DNA from: Takakia lepidozioides | Taxonomy: Eukaryota > Plantae > Bryophyta | Assembly: GCA_030704615.1 (NCBI GenBank) | Contig: CM060733.1 | Span: forward strand, 74,586,001-74,650,000 | Direction: 5' to 3' | Length of the DNA stretch: 64,000 bases | Shown here: positions 49,115 to 62,107 of the stretch, piece after piece | Layout: every line of letters begins with the position of its first letter | How positions within the stretch are numbered: the stretch's first letter is position 1 | Notes under the pieces: model-generated | Told to the model about the DNA's origin: nothing | Seen by the model: the letters and a program-made list of their open reading frames with translations, nothing else | Database searches by the model: none | Position numbers and translations under genes: made by a program

Positions 49115-49250
49115 ACGAGATCATGTGGTGTTATGGAGTGCTATGATCGATTATAGGATATGCACAACATGGTTGTGGGATGGAGGCTTTGGAGACCTGT
49201 GAGCAAATGCATAGCAGAAGGGGGTGAAGCCAAACCAGGTCGCATTCATT
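49115..49250 (+). pseudogene. Single PPR-motif fragment embedded between two tandem arrays
   Basis: Reads WSAMI..GYAQHGCGMEALETCEQM..GVKPNQVAF across frameshifts and is similar to 53640-53760. Confidence 0.6.
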
Positions 49251-49254
49251 TTTG

Positions 49255-50115
49255 TTGTGCTCAGATGGCCCTATCTTCATGCCAATTTATCCAATTTGGG
49301 TGGGCTATGGATTGGTGTATTTGTAACAAGTAGGGTGATGAAGATATGCTGGCCTATAGAGCCATAAATTTTATCAAGGGGTTGTGGTCTGGCCCCCAAC
49401 AGATCTGTATTTTTTTGTTCAAGTTCCACGTACGACATAGTTGTGCTCAGATGGCCCTATCTTCATGCCAATTTCTCCAATTTGGGAGAGGTATGGCTTG
49501 GTGTATTTGTAACAGGTAGGTTGATGAAAATATGCTAAGAGCCATAAATTTTATCAAGGGGTTGTGGTCTGGCCCCCACCATTTTTTGTTCAAGTTCCAT
49601 GTATGACATAGTTGTGCTTAGATGGCCCTATCTTCATGCCAATTTCTCCAATTTGGGAGAGGTATGGCTTGGTGGATTTGTTAAAAGTAGGATGATGAAG
49701 ATATTCTATCCTAAGGAGCCATAAAGTTTTCTAAGGGGTTGTGATCTGGCCCCCAACAGATCTGCACTTGTCGTTCAAGTTTCCGGACATTCAGCTACTC
49801 AGATGGGCCTATCTCCTTACCAATTGCTCCAATTGTGGTGTGATATGGCTTGGCAGATTTCTAACACCTAGTGTGATTGAGATATGGTGGCCTCCAGAGT
49901 TCTGAATTTTTTTAAGGTGTTGTGGTCTGGCCCCTAGAAGATCTGCATGCTTTGTTCAAGGATCCAGATGTTCAGGTACTCAGATGGGCCTATCTTCTTG
50001 CCAATTGCTCCAATTTGGATGGGCTATGGCTTGGTGGATTTTTTAAAAGTAGGGTGATGAAATATGCTAGCCTCCAGAGCCATAAAGTTTTCTAAGGGGT
50101 TGTGGTCTGCCCCCA
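49255..50115. repeat. Tandem array of about five 171-186-bp units
   Basis: Units start with CTCAGATGG(C/G)CCTATCT at ~49260, 49446, 49617, 49798 and 49979. Confidence 0.9.
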
Positions 50116-50127
50116 GCGACGCAACGA

Positions 50128-50251
50128 CGTGAGCGTAGCGTGTGAGCGTGTGGGCGTACGCTCATGCCACGTCACCGTGAGCCCGTACACCCGCCACGTC
50201 GGCGTGAGCACATATCCCGCCACGTCACCTTGGGCCCACATAGCAAGTTAC
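50128..50251 (-). mobile_element. Putative MULE-type terminus
   Basis: Cluster of CGTGAGC/CCACGTC motifs ending ...GGGCCCACATAGCAAGTTAC. The reverse complement GTAACTTGCTA fits the G-N6-GCTA pattern of the other termini. Confidence 0.5.
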
Positions 50252-52351
50252 ATAAGAAATGATGCCTATGTTCTAGACAAAAAAATCTGAACGGAATAAC
50301 GGGATCATGCAATTCTTGAATGTCGTCTATAAAGATCTTAGCAAAATTTAAGGAAAGAAAGAGAGAAAAAATTCCTCAAGCCTCTCATTTTCAGGTTTCC
50401 TAATGCTGATATAAGGCATTGGCTACAATAGACCAGACAAGAGAGCAATGTACATTGACCGGATCATGTAGAAGGTGTACACATATACTCTATTATGCTG
50501 TTGCTATAGGGCCTAGCTCAAGATATCATGTATTAGTTTGCCATCAAATGTCCCTATTTGTTCAAGGCTTGAGATGAAGGGATCAGGCAGTTCTTGAGTG
50601 TTGTTACAAAGAACATATCCACATTCAAGTATAAAGAGAGGGAAGATATACATGTCATGTCAAGACATGGACAAGACCGCTAAGGTCATTGTCATTGAAA
50701 GACAAAACAGCCCTTTACAGGGCACCATCTAACATTCTCTTTCATGTTTACAATCTCATTTGAATACCCCATTACATTTCAAGGTCTCTGAAAAAACAGG
50801 GCGGGAGGGTGGGATTCCAGGTCATTCATATCATGAAAGCACCATAGTATACATCATCATCTCAAAAATCCATTTCAAACTCATTTCAAAAACCAGATTG
50901 CAGGTTTGGTTTGAAGATGATGTTTTAGAACCAAGATATAAGCAAGATTCTTAAAAAAGAAGAAGAAACAACAGGGTAGAGCCCCCTTAAGCAGGTATAG
51001 GCCTAGAATGGTATTTTAAGGCCTCATAAAATAGTTCTGCCAAGGTGAAAGAGCAGCTCAGAAACCCCTGTTTGTTATCAAGCCATGAAACCAAAATGAT
51101 ATGAGGGCCTTGAAGAATGTGTGTTATCTATCAAAGCCTATCCTTTTGATCCATCAGAGTCATACCAAGAAGTCTCATTTCAGAGCCAAGTATCAAGGCA
51201 GTCAGAGTAATAACTGCTATTTTATATCCTTGTATCCTTCATAGCTTAACTCCTACACATGCAAATGTGGTTGTAAAAAACCATAAACAGGGGTAAGGAG
51301 AGAAGCAGATCCTCATTGGAGCCATCTTGGAGCAGGTCTGAAGCGGCATGGTGGCAGTTTGAAACAGCAGATGGCATCAGCAGCTTAGGCAGCAGCAGTA
51401 TCCACATTTGCAAGAACAAGAACTGCAAGCTTCAAGAAATCAAGACAAGTGAAGACCCTCACATGTGCCCGTCCCAAAAACCACCACATAGCGATGTGTG
51501 TTAGTGAGGATGCAGCAGGTAAATGGCAGGTCTTCACAGTTGCTATCCATGTCAGTGTTGAATTCTAAAGCAAGTACAGATCACAATTCAAGCAATGGTA
51601 AACTCAAAAAACCTTGAGTGTTTGTGGTATGCCCTGCGCCATGGCATCCAACAGATCGTCTCCAACAGAACGCAATCAGAGTAGAAGCGTTCACAGATAG
51701 AGAATGGCTCATACACAAAGAGAGAGCAACATGTAATCTGTAGATAAATAGGGATAGAGTACTTCCCAACAAGGAGTAAAAGCGCCGCTGCAAAATAAAG
51801 AACCATGAGTTTCTGATCAAAGCGATCACGGCTTTGTCGTCTGCCAGAGAAGAATCTGCTTAACCACCAATGCGCATCCCAAGAGCCAGCCATCACGAGT
51901 ACCATGTAGCAGCAGGGGAGCAGGTTTATACGGCGCATCATCAAGGTTCACTGAAGCACGAGTTTAGTGCTGTGAAGTGTGTCGGCCTGCTTAGGGCAAA
52001 ACTTCCCGATTTTTCATCCAGGGTGGATGAAATATCACATTTTACCAAGAGAGGCACTTTGTCAATGGATGACATCCCATAGAAATGTATCTTTTAGGGT
52101 TATGGTATAGGCTTAGGTTTAATAACTGCCATCATTTATGATGGTAGTTTTATTATTCTCTTGGATTTTATAATAGGTAACCATTATTTATGTAGATCAT
52201 CCAGTTTAGATGAAAGAAATAGATGGTAAATCCAGCTTTCTGTATATTAAGTTTCATCACCCTATAATAAAATCATCCAGATTTGGATGAAAAAGGCTGG
52301 GATGAAAAACTAAATAACCTCAAAAGGTTAAGGCCAGATGAAATCCAAAGA

Positions 52352-52389
52352 GTTATAGAGGGAGAGGGAGAGAGGGAGAGAGAGAGAGA
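52352..52389. repeat. GA-rich microsatellite
   Basis: AGAGGGAGAGGGAGAGAGGGAGAGAGAGAGAGA. Confidence 0.8.
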
Positions 52390-53014
52390 CGTTTTCTCTA
52401 CAAATTGGGATTTGTTGCTGGTATTTTGACGCATACTGATATGGGGCTGGGTCTCTTGTATTGCCCAGTAGTGTCATTGCAAGTGGTATTGATCATCGTA
52501 AATCATGAATTCACTTGGAGTGTTCTAGAGCCATGCTACATGGAACTCCCCGGCCAATGAACTGCCAATCTCTAGCCTCATGGCGCCACACTTATCATTC
52601 CTTTAGTCCGCCGAACATGTAGTGGCGAGTTCTTGACATGCTCGAGCATAAATGAGGGATGATCAACTGGCAGCAGATGGATTGAACGGTTTCCACACAA
52701 CTGAAATGCTCACACTGTGACTGAAGTTTCTTTTTTGGGTTGGGTTGGTGACTCCCCTGTGTTGCTTATTGAAGTTGGGCCGGGTCGCAGCTGTAAGAGC
52801 CACAAGACACAAGCAACACACACAAGAGGTCCTTTTCGGTTGATGGTCGGTCAAATCCTCCATGGGTCATGACACAAGTTCAAGGCCAATGTGGTGAGGG
52901 CACCTTCTTTGACCTATTTCAGCCTGTTTTGCCTTCTCATCAGACTCGGCCCTGAGATGCATATCGAAATCTATAAGTTAGCTCATTGCTCGTCGATAAG
53001 TAGGGTTGGGGGTG

Positions 53015-54860
53015 TTTGCTGGAACAATTCTAGGCTGTCATTGTCAGCTGCTAGCAGGAAGACAATGATGTATGCATGATTTTGTGCAGAGGCATAGATA
53101 GCTGAAGGAGTAGGGATAGAGTGTGGGTCCAGATTCATCCAAGAGGGCCGGATTTCAAGCTCCAGATTACCTATGATTCCCTGTGGAAGGATAGATACAA
53201 GAAACCTGCATGGGTAGATGGTCAACTGAAAGCCGCAGCAGCAGTGGCACAATTGATAAAATTAGGCACTGCTAATGAAGGCACCTTCTTCAACATAGAG
53301 ACCATTTTTTCCCCTCTTATCAGAATCGGCCCTAAATTTTCATGTTGAATTCTGTAAGTTAGCTGGTTGAGTGAATCTAGGATAGTTTGGAATGACTTTG
53401 ACATGATACTGCCAATGTGACAACAGGAAAGTATCCAGAAACAGGTAACAGATACTAGGAGAAGTTGTGGAATGAATACTTTTCTGACCCCAGTCAATGG
53501 TGGGACAACCAAGGCAAAAAAGTGAATGCCTGTCAGATTACCAGATGTCATTCTGAACACTGCCCCTGCCCTGGTGGATATGTATGCCAAATGTGGGTGC
53601 ATCGAGGATGCCAAGGGAGTGTTCAACACTATGGCTGAACCAGATGTGGTGTTGTGGAGTGCGATGCTTGCAGGGTATGCACAGCAGGGGTGCGGGATGG
53701 AGGCTCCAACCTTTGAGCAAATGATGGGGGAAGGGGTGAAGGCCGTCGACATAACGTTTGTGTGCGTTTGCAGTGCGTCTGGCAGCCCTGGAAAAGGGCA
53801 AAGAGATCCCTGGTGACATCATCAAATCTGCAATTCTACCAGATGTCATCCTGAACATTGCTCTGGTGGCCATGTATGCTAAATGTGGGAGCATTGAGGA
53901 TGCCAAGGGAGTGTTCAACACTATGGCTGAACCAGATGTGGTGTCGTGGAATGCGATGCTTGCAGGGTGTGCAGAGCAAGAGCGTTGGATGGGGCTTTGG
54001 AGACCTGAAAACAAATGATGGGGAAAGGGATGAAGGTACCTTCTTCAACATATTTCACCCTGTTTTCCCTGCTAGTGTTTGCTTTGACAATTCTAGGCTG
54101 TCATTGTCAGCTGCTAGCAGCAAGACGATGATGTATGCATGATTTGTGCAGAGGCATAGATAGCTGAAGGAGCAAGGATTTCGTGTGGGTCCAGATTCAT
54201 CCAAGAGGGCCAGATTTCAAGCACAAGATTATCTGTGATTCCCTGTGGATCAATAGCTGAAGGAGCAGGGATTTTGTGTGGGTCCAGATTCATCCAAGAG
54301 GGCCAGATTTCAAGCACAAGATTACCTGTGATTCCCTGTGGATCAATAGCTACAAGAAACCTGCATGGGTAGATGGTCAACTGGCAGCAGCGGCACAATT
54401 GATCAAATCAGGCATAGCTAATGAAGGCATCTTCTTCAACACATTTCATCCTGTTTTTCCCTCTTATCAGATTCTGCCCTAAATTTCCATGTTCAATTCT
54501 GCAGATTATAAGCTTGTTGAGTGAATCTAGTTTGGAGTGACTTTGACATGATACTGCCAATGTGACAACAGGAAAGTATCAAAAAACAGGTAATAGAGAT
54601 GAGGAAAAGCTGTGGAATGAATACTTATATGAGCCTAGTCACTGATGGGTCAACCGGGGCAGAAAGGTGAAATTTGCCTGCTGCATTTCAGAGAGTAGCA
54701 GACGCAATTCAGCATAGGAACTAGTGTGCTACGCTGAGTTGGGTGTTTCCTAGAACAATGTAGCTGTCATTGTCAGCCGTTAGCAGCAAGGCAAGGATGA
54801 ATGCTTGATTTGTGCAGAGGCATGGATAGCTGAAGGAGTAGAGATAGAGTGTGGGTGACG
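53015..54860 (+). pseudogene. Duplicated OSB-like (PDF motif) exon fragments interleaved with PLS-class PPR fragments
   Basis: IHPRGPDFK(L/H)..TxDSLW...KPAWVDGQL (53133, 54288) and KLWNEYFSDPSQWWDNQGKK (~53462-53521) match the OSB PDF motif. ALVDMYAKCGCIEDAKGVFNTMAEPDVV.W.AMLAG occurs twice (53565-53760, 53855-54025). Confidence 0.7.
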
Positions 54861-56038
54861 CAGGGTGCTGGGCCGTGGGCAAGACGTCTTTGTATAAACG
54901 TGAGTGACCTTCCTATCCTCCTCGCTCTCATTTTTAGTGCATGTTTCTTTGTGAAGTATCAGGGAAGTATTTGACTTTGCCAACACACACCAACCTTTTT
55001 GCTTTGGTTTGTTTACGAGTTCCATGCAGGGATAGAAGTTACCATAAACAACACTAGCATTGGTTTTTCATATATGGTAATAGATAATTCTCTTAATTGT
55101 TTCCGCCTTGGCAGGTTGCTCAGTGACCTCCCCCGGATGCTTTGGAGTGAGTGAGTGTCTCACAATGCAATATTGATTGGTGCATCTTATGCAAGAACTT
55201 GGAAAACAAACAGATGTCCTTGCTGTAGTAATTCTTAAAGCCATGCAAGCCTTAGTTTTTGATGGGTGGCAGATTGATGGACTACATGAGTAGTTAGAAG
55301 ATTCTGGGTGAACACTTTTCAAAGTGTTATAGTTAGACAATATAATTCACATGAGAACATGTGATTATTTTATGTATTTTTAGATCACGACAAAAATGAT
55401 AATGATAAATAGATTGATAAATAGAGATGGTGTACAATCTCTTGGTTTTGCTCAGCTTGTTGCAGTTATGTCTTGCTGCCTTGTTCTGTTTGTATTATAT
55501 ATTATATTTCATTGTTGTAATAGACATGTATATGACTTCTATCATAGTCATAATAATGACTATATCTATTTTCACTCTCCAATAGTACTACACCACGTGG
55601 TAGAAATACAAATATGTAAAAAAATAGCAATACACCCAAAAATCACCCATCATGACACGTGTCAACCTCCTAAGGGATCACGTGTAAAAATTGCGACGTG
55701 CCACGTGTTGCAATTGGATTGCCTCGCCTGTAGTTGTAGTTGACAATCATGGAATGCGTGCACTATGCCACATGCCATTTTTTCTATCAAGCATGTGTCT
55801 CTCTTACACAGTGGCTGACATGGACTACACTGTCCGTTCAGTCATTCAGTAAAGCCAGCATGTATGACTATGAGCATGCTGCGCAAGCGCCACGTCACAG
55901 AAAGCTTGGGGAGTCGTAATTGCCATGTCACAACCGACTCGGCTTCTACTTCTTTAGAATCAGAAAGTCGTAAATGGCTTCCATAACTGCATTTGCAGTC
56001 ATAACACAGAGACGTAAAAGTCGCAATCTGTTGTAGAA

Positions 56039-57400
56039 TTGGGCAAGTGTCCTAAGCTGTCCCCAAAATTTTGTGGACCTTTTGTGATCGTAAAGCGTTA
56101 TGGATTTGTGGCATATCAGCTAGATCTGCCAGTTACTTGGAAAATCCATGACGTCTTTCATGTCAACCTCCTAAGGAAATACGTGGCGAACCCCAGTCAC
56201 ATTCTACCTAAACTACCCAAAGTTGTGGATGAAGGTCAGTTGTTGGCTGAACCTGAATGTATTCTGGAGACAAGAATGAAACACCTTTGAAACCGTTCAT
56301 ATCGTGATCATCTTGTTAAGTGGTATCACTATCCAGAATCTGAAGCTACTTGGGAAAAGGAGAGTGGCTTGCAGTTGGATTTTCCCCATTTCACTATGAT
56401 TGCAGACAATGATCAATCTTTTTAGTGGGGGAGTTTATTATGGCACTCTATGCAACAAGTCTGAATGGCTTCTAGGTGGAAAAGGCCATGGGGTGGGGTG
56501 AATGACAGGTGGGGGAAAGCTGGAGCAGTGTCACGTGAAGGCCTGGAGAGGCAACTGCCAGCTTTAAGTACTGATCACCTGTCAAGGAGGTCAATGGGTG
56601 GTGAAGGTCAGCTGTACACGAAGGAAGAAAAATGGTTCTGGTAGGCACGAACAGGGGAGAAGACGATTGGGGATGATGGCCTGGAGGATACTAGGATTTG
56701 ATAAAACTGGATGCAGGAATTAGGCACGGCGTGGTGGCTGGGCACGGACCGGATGTGACAACCGGTCCTGTGCATTTTAGAGTTGGTTGATCTAGAAATA
56801 GTTAATGACTTTTGTAGTTAGCAGGGGCAGGGACTAGGTTCCTCTTTTGTACAAAAGATGGTATAAATCGTGTGAATATGGTTCCATCAAGAGCTAACCT
56901 GTAAAGGAGTTGATCAGATATGATTCCTGTCACAGTTTGGAAGAAGAAAGGGTTGTTTTAGGGAGGCAAGATACAATAACCTTGTTCAATAATGACAGGA
57001 GGAGACGCTTGCGTGGAGGCGGAACCATGCAAGGGAGACAAAGCTCCACGAGCAGCGGGTGAGAATGTTTCTTCACGAAATTTGCCCATGGAATTGCAAC
57101 CTTTAAGTTCATTCTGCCATTTGCTTCGGACTGGAGTTGAGGATGCCATTGCTTAAGGTGAGGTGGTTTCAGATTTGGTGCAAGACATTGCAAGGGGCCC
57201 CTCTCAATTCGTGACCTCATACACGACGGTTTGGGTTCACGGTCATCATTTTCGCATTCGTGCTCTTGACATGAAGCGCAAAACAACGTTTGATTATGGC
57301 TTGTGTGCCACATAATGGCAAGACTCTGTATCAAGCACAAGAGATATACGACCTACGTGGAGCAAACTTGAGTACATTGGATAGCTTTCAAGAGAGCATC
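56039..57400 (+). mobile_element. Degenerate chromovirus 3' end (integrase GPY/F region, chromodomain, PPT, probable LTR; end approximate)
   Basis: KLSPKFCGPF..YQLDLP..IHDVFHVNLLRKY..EPECILE..LVKW..YPESEATWE, with PPT-like TAGTGGGGGAG at ~56424. Confidence 0.7.
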
Positions 57401-59699
57401 CTCTAACTTCAGTATACAAGGTACCAGTTTTTTCTCTTCAAGGGAAGGTGGTTCCACCACATCTTGTGGGGCCCTCCGCAACACTAGTGCAAGATGAGTG
57501 TGGTTTTAATGCGCGTCAATGCAGATAGGCTCATGTGCCTACTCATCATATGTCTGATGAGCCTTTTTGCATGGCCTTCAAACATGGAGCAAGTATTCTT
57601 TTCCCAAGACAAAACAAGATCAGGAAATTGAAAGATGGTTGTGCATGCTCACGAGCCAAGATGAAGACGTATCTATCATGGTCACGGATCTACATGAGGC
57701 GAGGCAATTGCGGAGGAGGAAGAGACTGGTCATAATGATGCTGATGTTGGAGGTTGGGTAGAGGGGGTACAAGATGATGATGACGCGCCAGACATTGCAT
57801 CCTTGACCCTATATGATGAAGCTCTATCAGATACGAATGTTGGAGAAGAAGATGAAGACATGGCCATTGAAAACGAGGTGGAAGATGATTCAGATGTGCC
57901 TTTTGCTGACCCGGCTATTGATGACAATGACTCTGATTAAACCAAGAGGACTTGCAGCTTGATGAGGACAAAAAAGCTCCAGATGAATGATCTTTTATTT
58001 GGACCGGCCTCACTTTGTACTTCACAATGTACATCGTTCACTTTCGTAAATTGTAATGTATCAGTTTATATAAAATATTTCTAAACTTTTATTGCTCTCT
58101 CAAGTGTTGTCTCCAACTCTACTCACCCTGCCCCCGCGAGCTACATCTATGCCCTCCGGCATAGCTGCTCTAGTCGACCCTTGTCTTTTCATGACCTCGG
58201 CCCTCTCCCGACCCCTCTCCCGACCCCTACCCTAGCTCCTCCCCATTCCATCCCATCCCCAGTACTTTGGCCCGGCCCGGCTGATCACCTTTCGGCCCGG
58301 CCGCTTCCGGCATGATGTCGCGGCCGGTCATTTCATCCCCGCAATCTAGCCTCAACCCTCTAGTCCCATGGTCCTTCCCCTTTCCTTTCCTCCCCCTGTC
58401 TCATCCCTCATCCCCACCCCCTCAGCTCCCTGCCCTTTGTCTCAAACAATAAAGCAGCCCCCCCCTGCGACCCCCTTCCGTCACAATAGGAAGCGGGTGT
58501 CGCAACACCCTACTGCAACGGCGGGGCATCGCAATTCCCGGCGAGGTTGGGGGCCCCTTCTTTCCCTTCATGCCACCTTGCGATGGCGGGGCATCACAAA
58601 TGGCCCGACGCCGCGCCATCGCCCCTTGGGGGCCCCCTCTTCCCCCGCACACCGTCGCGCGACGTTTGGGCGTCGCAGCCTGGTCCCGACGCTGGGTCTG
58701 TCGGGTCTACGATGCCTGAGCGTCGCAATTCCGCTGGGCCGCGCGGATTCCGACGGCTGGGCATCGCAGGGGAGGGGGTCGCAGGCTCAGTGCCGCGCCT
58801 TCCGTCGGGGTGCGGACTGGCGTCACTAACCCCCCCCCCCCATTTGCGGTAGTGGTCCCACACGTGGCGCTCCACGGGCACTCGATGCCGGAAGGTTTTA
58901 GCGGAAGGGCTGATTGTCATGATGCCCTGAAAATACACTTGGAAGATGTGGTCACTACAAAGAGCAAAATATCAAAGGGCGTTACGTCCTAGACACTGGG
59001 GGATAGTGTCGGGGCTACCTCGCTCGCCCACCTGCCCGCTGCACTAGACCTTTGTCTCTTAATCTGATGCGTCTTTATTTCGCATGTGCTGCACACGCGA
59101 CCCCTGTGCGCGCGTCCCACCCCCGCCTGCGACGCCGAGGTCCCCGCTCCTCTCACGTGAGTCGCTGCCGCTGGTCTCCCCCTTTTCATTTTTGCCTTTT
59201 TTCTTATTCATAGTGTTTTATTTTATTTTATTTTCCCATTATTTGCCTTTTCCATCCCGACCACCGCCACTTTTCTGCATATCAGGGTTTAGGATTTAGG
59301 AGCACCATCGTTCAATCTTCACTGTCTATTTTAGGTCGCGGATCCACACCGTTCATGGCCTAGGCTGCCATGTGTCCTCGTATGTCCTGGCCTGCCGTGT
59401 CTCCCACGTTTGTGCACGATCTCTCCAGAAGTTTGTATTATGGGGTTACCAGACACATCGAATACTAATGGGATTTTTGTGAGTAGTGAGAAAGCATACA
59501 TGCCTTGGAACTAGGTACCTGATTTTGTGCAGGGGGAGGAAACTACGCCTAAGGCTCCCGCACAGTTCTATATTCAGTCTCAAAAGGATCTGCAGGAAGG
59601 GAATCGTGCAGCTCCTAGAGAAAACACCTTCCTTACCACCATCATGTTTGCACTCTCCCCAGCATTGTTATCACCAGAGTACAAGTGGATGGTGGTTCT

Positions 59700-60080
59700 A
59701 GTGTCAACTTAATGAGCTTCGATACAATGGAGGAATTAGTTTTGACACGATTGCGCCCCACTAATTTGATATTACGGATGGCTGACCAAAGCATAGTCAA
59801 ACCAATCGATATTTTGATTGCAGTACCAACAATAATTGCTGCGATCGAGTATCAGATTTGATTATATTGTCTTCCGACTGAATGCTTCGACTTTCTTTTA
59901 CTTGATTTTGTTGGGAAGACCATGGTTATACCAATCCAAAGCTAAGAATGATTGGGGTAAGGGAACATTGACACTTGGAAAGGGTAAAACTAAAATTGTC
60001 TTACAAATGTATCCGATTGCATATCATGGAGAAACTTAGGAGGAGGAATCTGAGTTTACATCTGAAGAAGAAGCTTGGAC
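59700..60080 (+). pseudogene. Gypsy protease/linker fragment
   Basis: LILRMADQSIVKP...ILLGRPWLYQSKAKNDWGKGTLTLG. Confidence 0.6.
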
Positions 60081-62107
60081 CAGTGAGGGTGATGAAGTTC
60101 TTGCATATGCTAAATTGGTCAGGGCCATTGCGATTTCTGCATAGCGGCGGATAAAACGGCAATAGTGACCCACATGACCCAATTCCCCATGTCCGCACAC
60201 CTCAGCTAATGCGGTTGACCCAACCATTTTTATAGCTAGATTGGCTATAATGGGTGACATCCAACATACACCTATGAACCCACGATCCCTTGTAATGTGG
60301 CCTTGTTACGCTGATAATGAGTTTGTACATACATAGATAGTAACACTTCTATTTATTTCAAGATGGTTCAGGTTTCAAATTTAATTTTCTAAGGAGTCCC
60401 TGCTTGCAGAGCCCACCAAAGGGAGGCGGAAGAAACCAGTGTTGGTCTAGTATCTGGGTTTCGCCGGGGTATCAACCCGGGCATCAACCCGGGTCTCTAA
60501 CCTACGGTTCTCTGTTCCCGTTAACATTTGTAGTCCCGCCCCCTACCAGAGCTCGACTCGTCGCTGCAGGTTTGTTCGGGTATCATGTTAATATGCACAA
60601 ATACACATTATGGATGTAGGGTTTCATGTGTTTATGAGCGCATCTTTTGGCAGCTTCGGCGGCAGATTGATGGAGGTTGTACAACAGATTTGGAATCGAG
60701 GAGAGTGGAGCAACAACTGTGGTGGTTTTTTATGGTTTTCGAGCTACTACTTGAGAAAGCTGGATACTTTGAGGATGATGACTGGGGTACTTCATATTGT
60801 AGAGTAGAGATTTAGGGCTAGGGGCTTGTACTAGCAGTTTTGATTATAATAATGACATTTTGATCTTCATTTGCAAGACACTATGGATGCAATTCTGATT
60901 CAATGTATAATTGTATAGGGGTTGGTATCCTATGAGATAGCAGGTTTCCTTGTGGTTTTCTTGAATATTCAAATGGCCATTTGAATAGTTCAGATGGCCA
61001 TTTCAATATTGAATTTGAATTTGAATACTAGTACCATTTTTACTTTTATTTTTTTAATACCATGTCCGAGTTCATATTTCTAGGTTATTGACATTATACC
61101 ATTGCTCATATCCGGATTGATTGTTTTTAAAAACCACTCCATGCATACCAGATTCATACTTGAAAAAATCAGGGGCTGCATTATTGGAAAACCTACCTAG
61201 CTTAAGAAAATTCATCAAGAGGGGGCCCACCGCCTCATCCCGGTTGCTTATGGAAAGCTTTAGAAGTAGAAGGAGGGCCCACCCTCCTACTTCTATGCTA
61301 GCCTAGGCAGATAGGTGTCTACGTCCAGTCGAGCCACTTCCTTCCTCTCCAAGCCTCCCGCGAACCTACGCGATTGGCTGTTCCCACCTGTCCAGTTTTC
61401 CGACCTTCCCAAGCTCCCCAAATGAATTGGGATACATACTTACCACTAGGCCATATGTTGGATGCTTACCTAGTCAACTACAATTGGGTTCATGGATGGT
61501 AAAATGTTGGTTTGGATGTATCGATATGCTAACAGTGAGGAGGGGCTTTTGCCAGCTGGATCTGTCCATGATGGTGCTTGGCAGAAATCTCCAGATTGGC
61601 TAAACCTCCTCTCATCCATGAATTGCCCTGCACACAAACCTGTCGAGCAGATGGATGCAAACGTGTTCGAAAGATCCATTCATTTCAGTGTCTTCATTCA
61701 TGGCGGAACCCTGGCTATGAAGTTCTAGGGCTCGTCATTTAGTGTAAGAAACCCTTGGGCCAGAAAGGTACCTATCAATCAAGTATCGCCAGGCCGTTGG
61801 TGTGTGTGGCGCGCTGGCTCATCACCCGCTCTCCTCTCTCTCGCGCGCTTGTTTTGGATTGTTCCTCTCTACCAACGCCATTCGGTATCCCCTGGACTCC
61901 CCCACGCCGTAAACCTACTAGACTTGGAGCTTTCAGTATTGGGGAAGGATTCGCCGCATCCAGAGACTCGCGCAGAGTCGAGGGCTAGAAGGAGAGCGGG
62001 CTTTTTTTTCCTGGGCCGGCCGGTGGGGGGGGGGGGTAGGGGAGAGGGGTGGGGGGGGGGGGCGGGGCGGGGTGGGTTTGGGGGGTTTGGGGGTGTGGGG
62101 CAAGGGG

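Noticed and set aside
50300-51950. Possible host-gene or copia fragments
   Set aside because: Only short ORFs with no motif I can identify reliably.
55620-56037. Possible degenerate CACTA 3' end (…CTGTTGTAGAA)
   Set aside because: The terminal motif is imperfect, and no matching 5' end or TSD was found.
57530-59300. Acidic ORF fragment and GC-rich block, possibly hAT/Helitron-derived
   Set aside because: No diagnostic motif, TIR pair or TSD could be confirmed.
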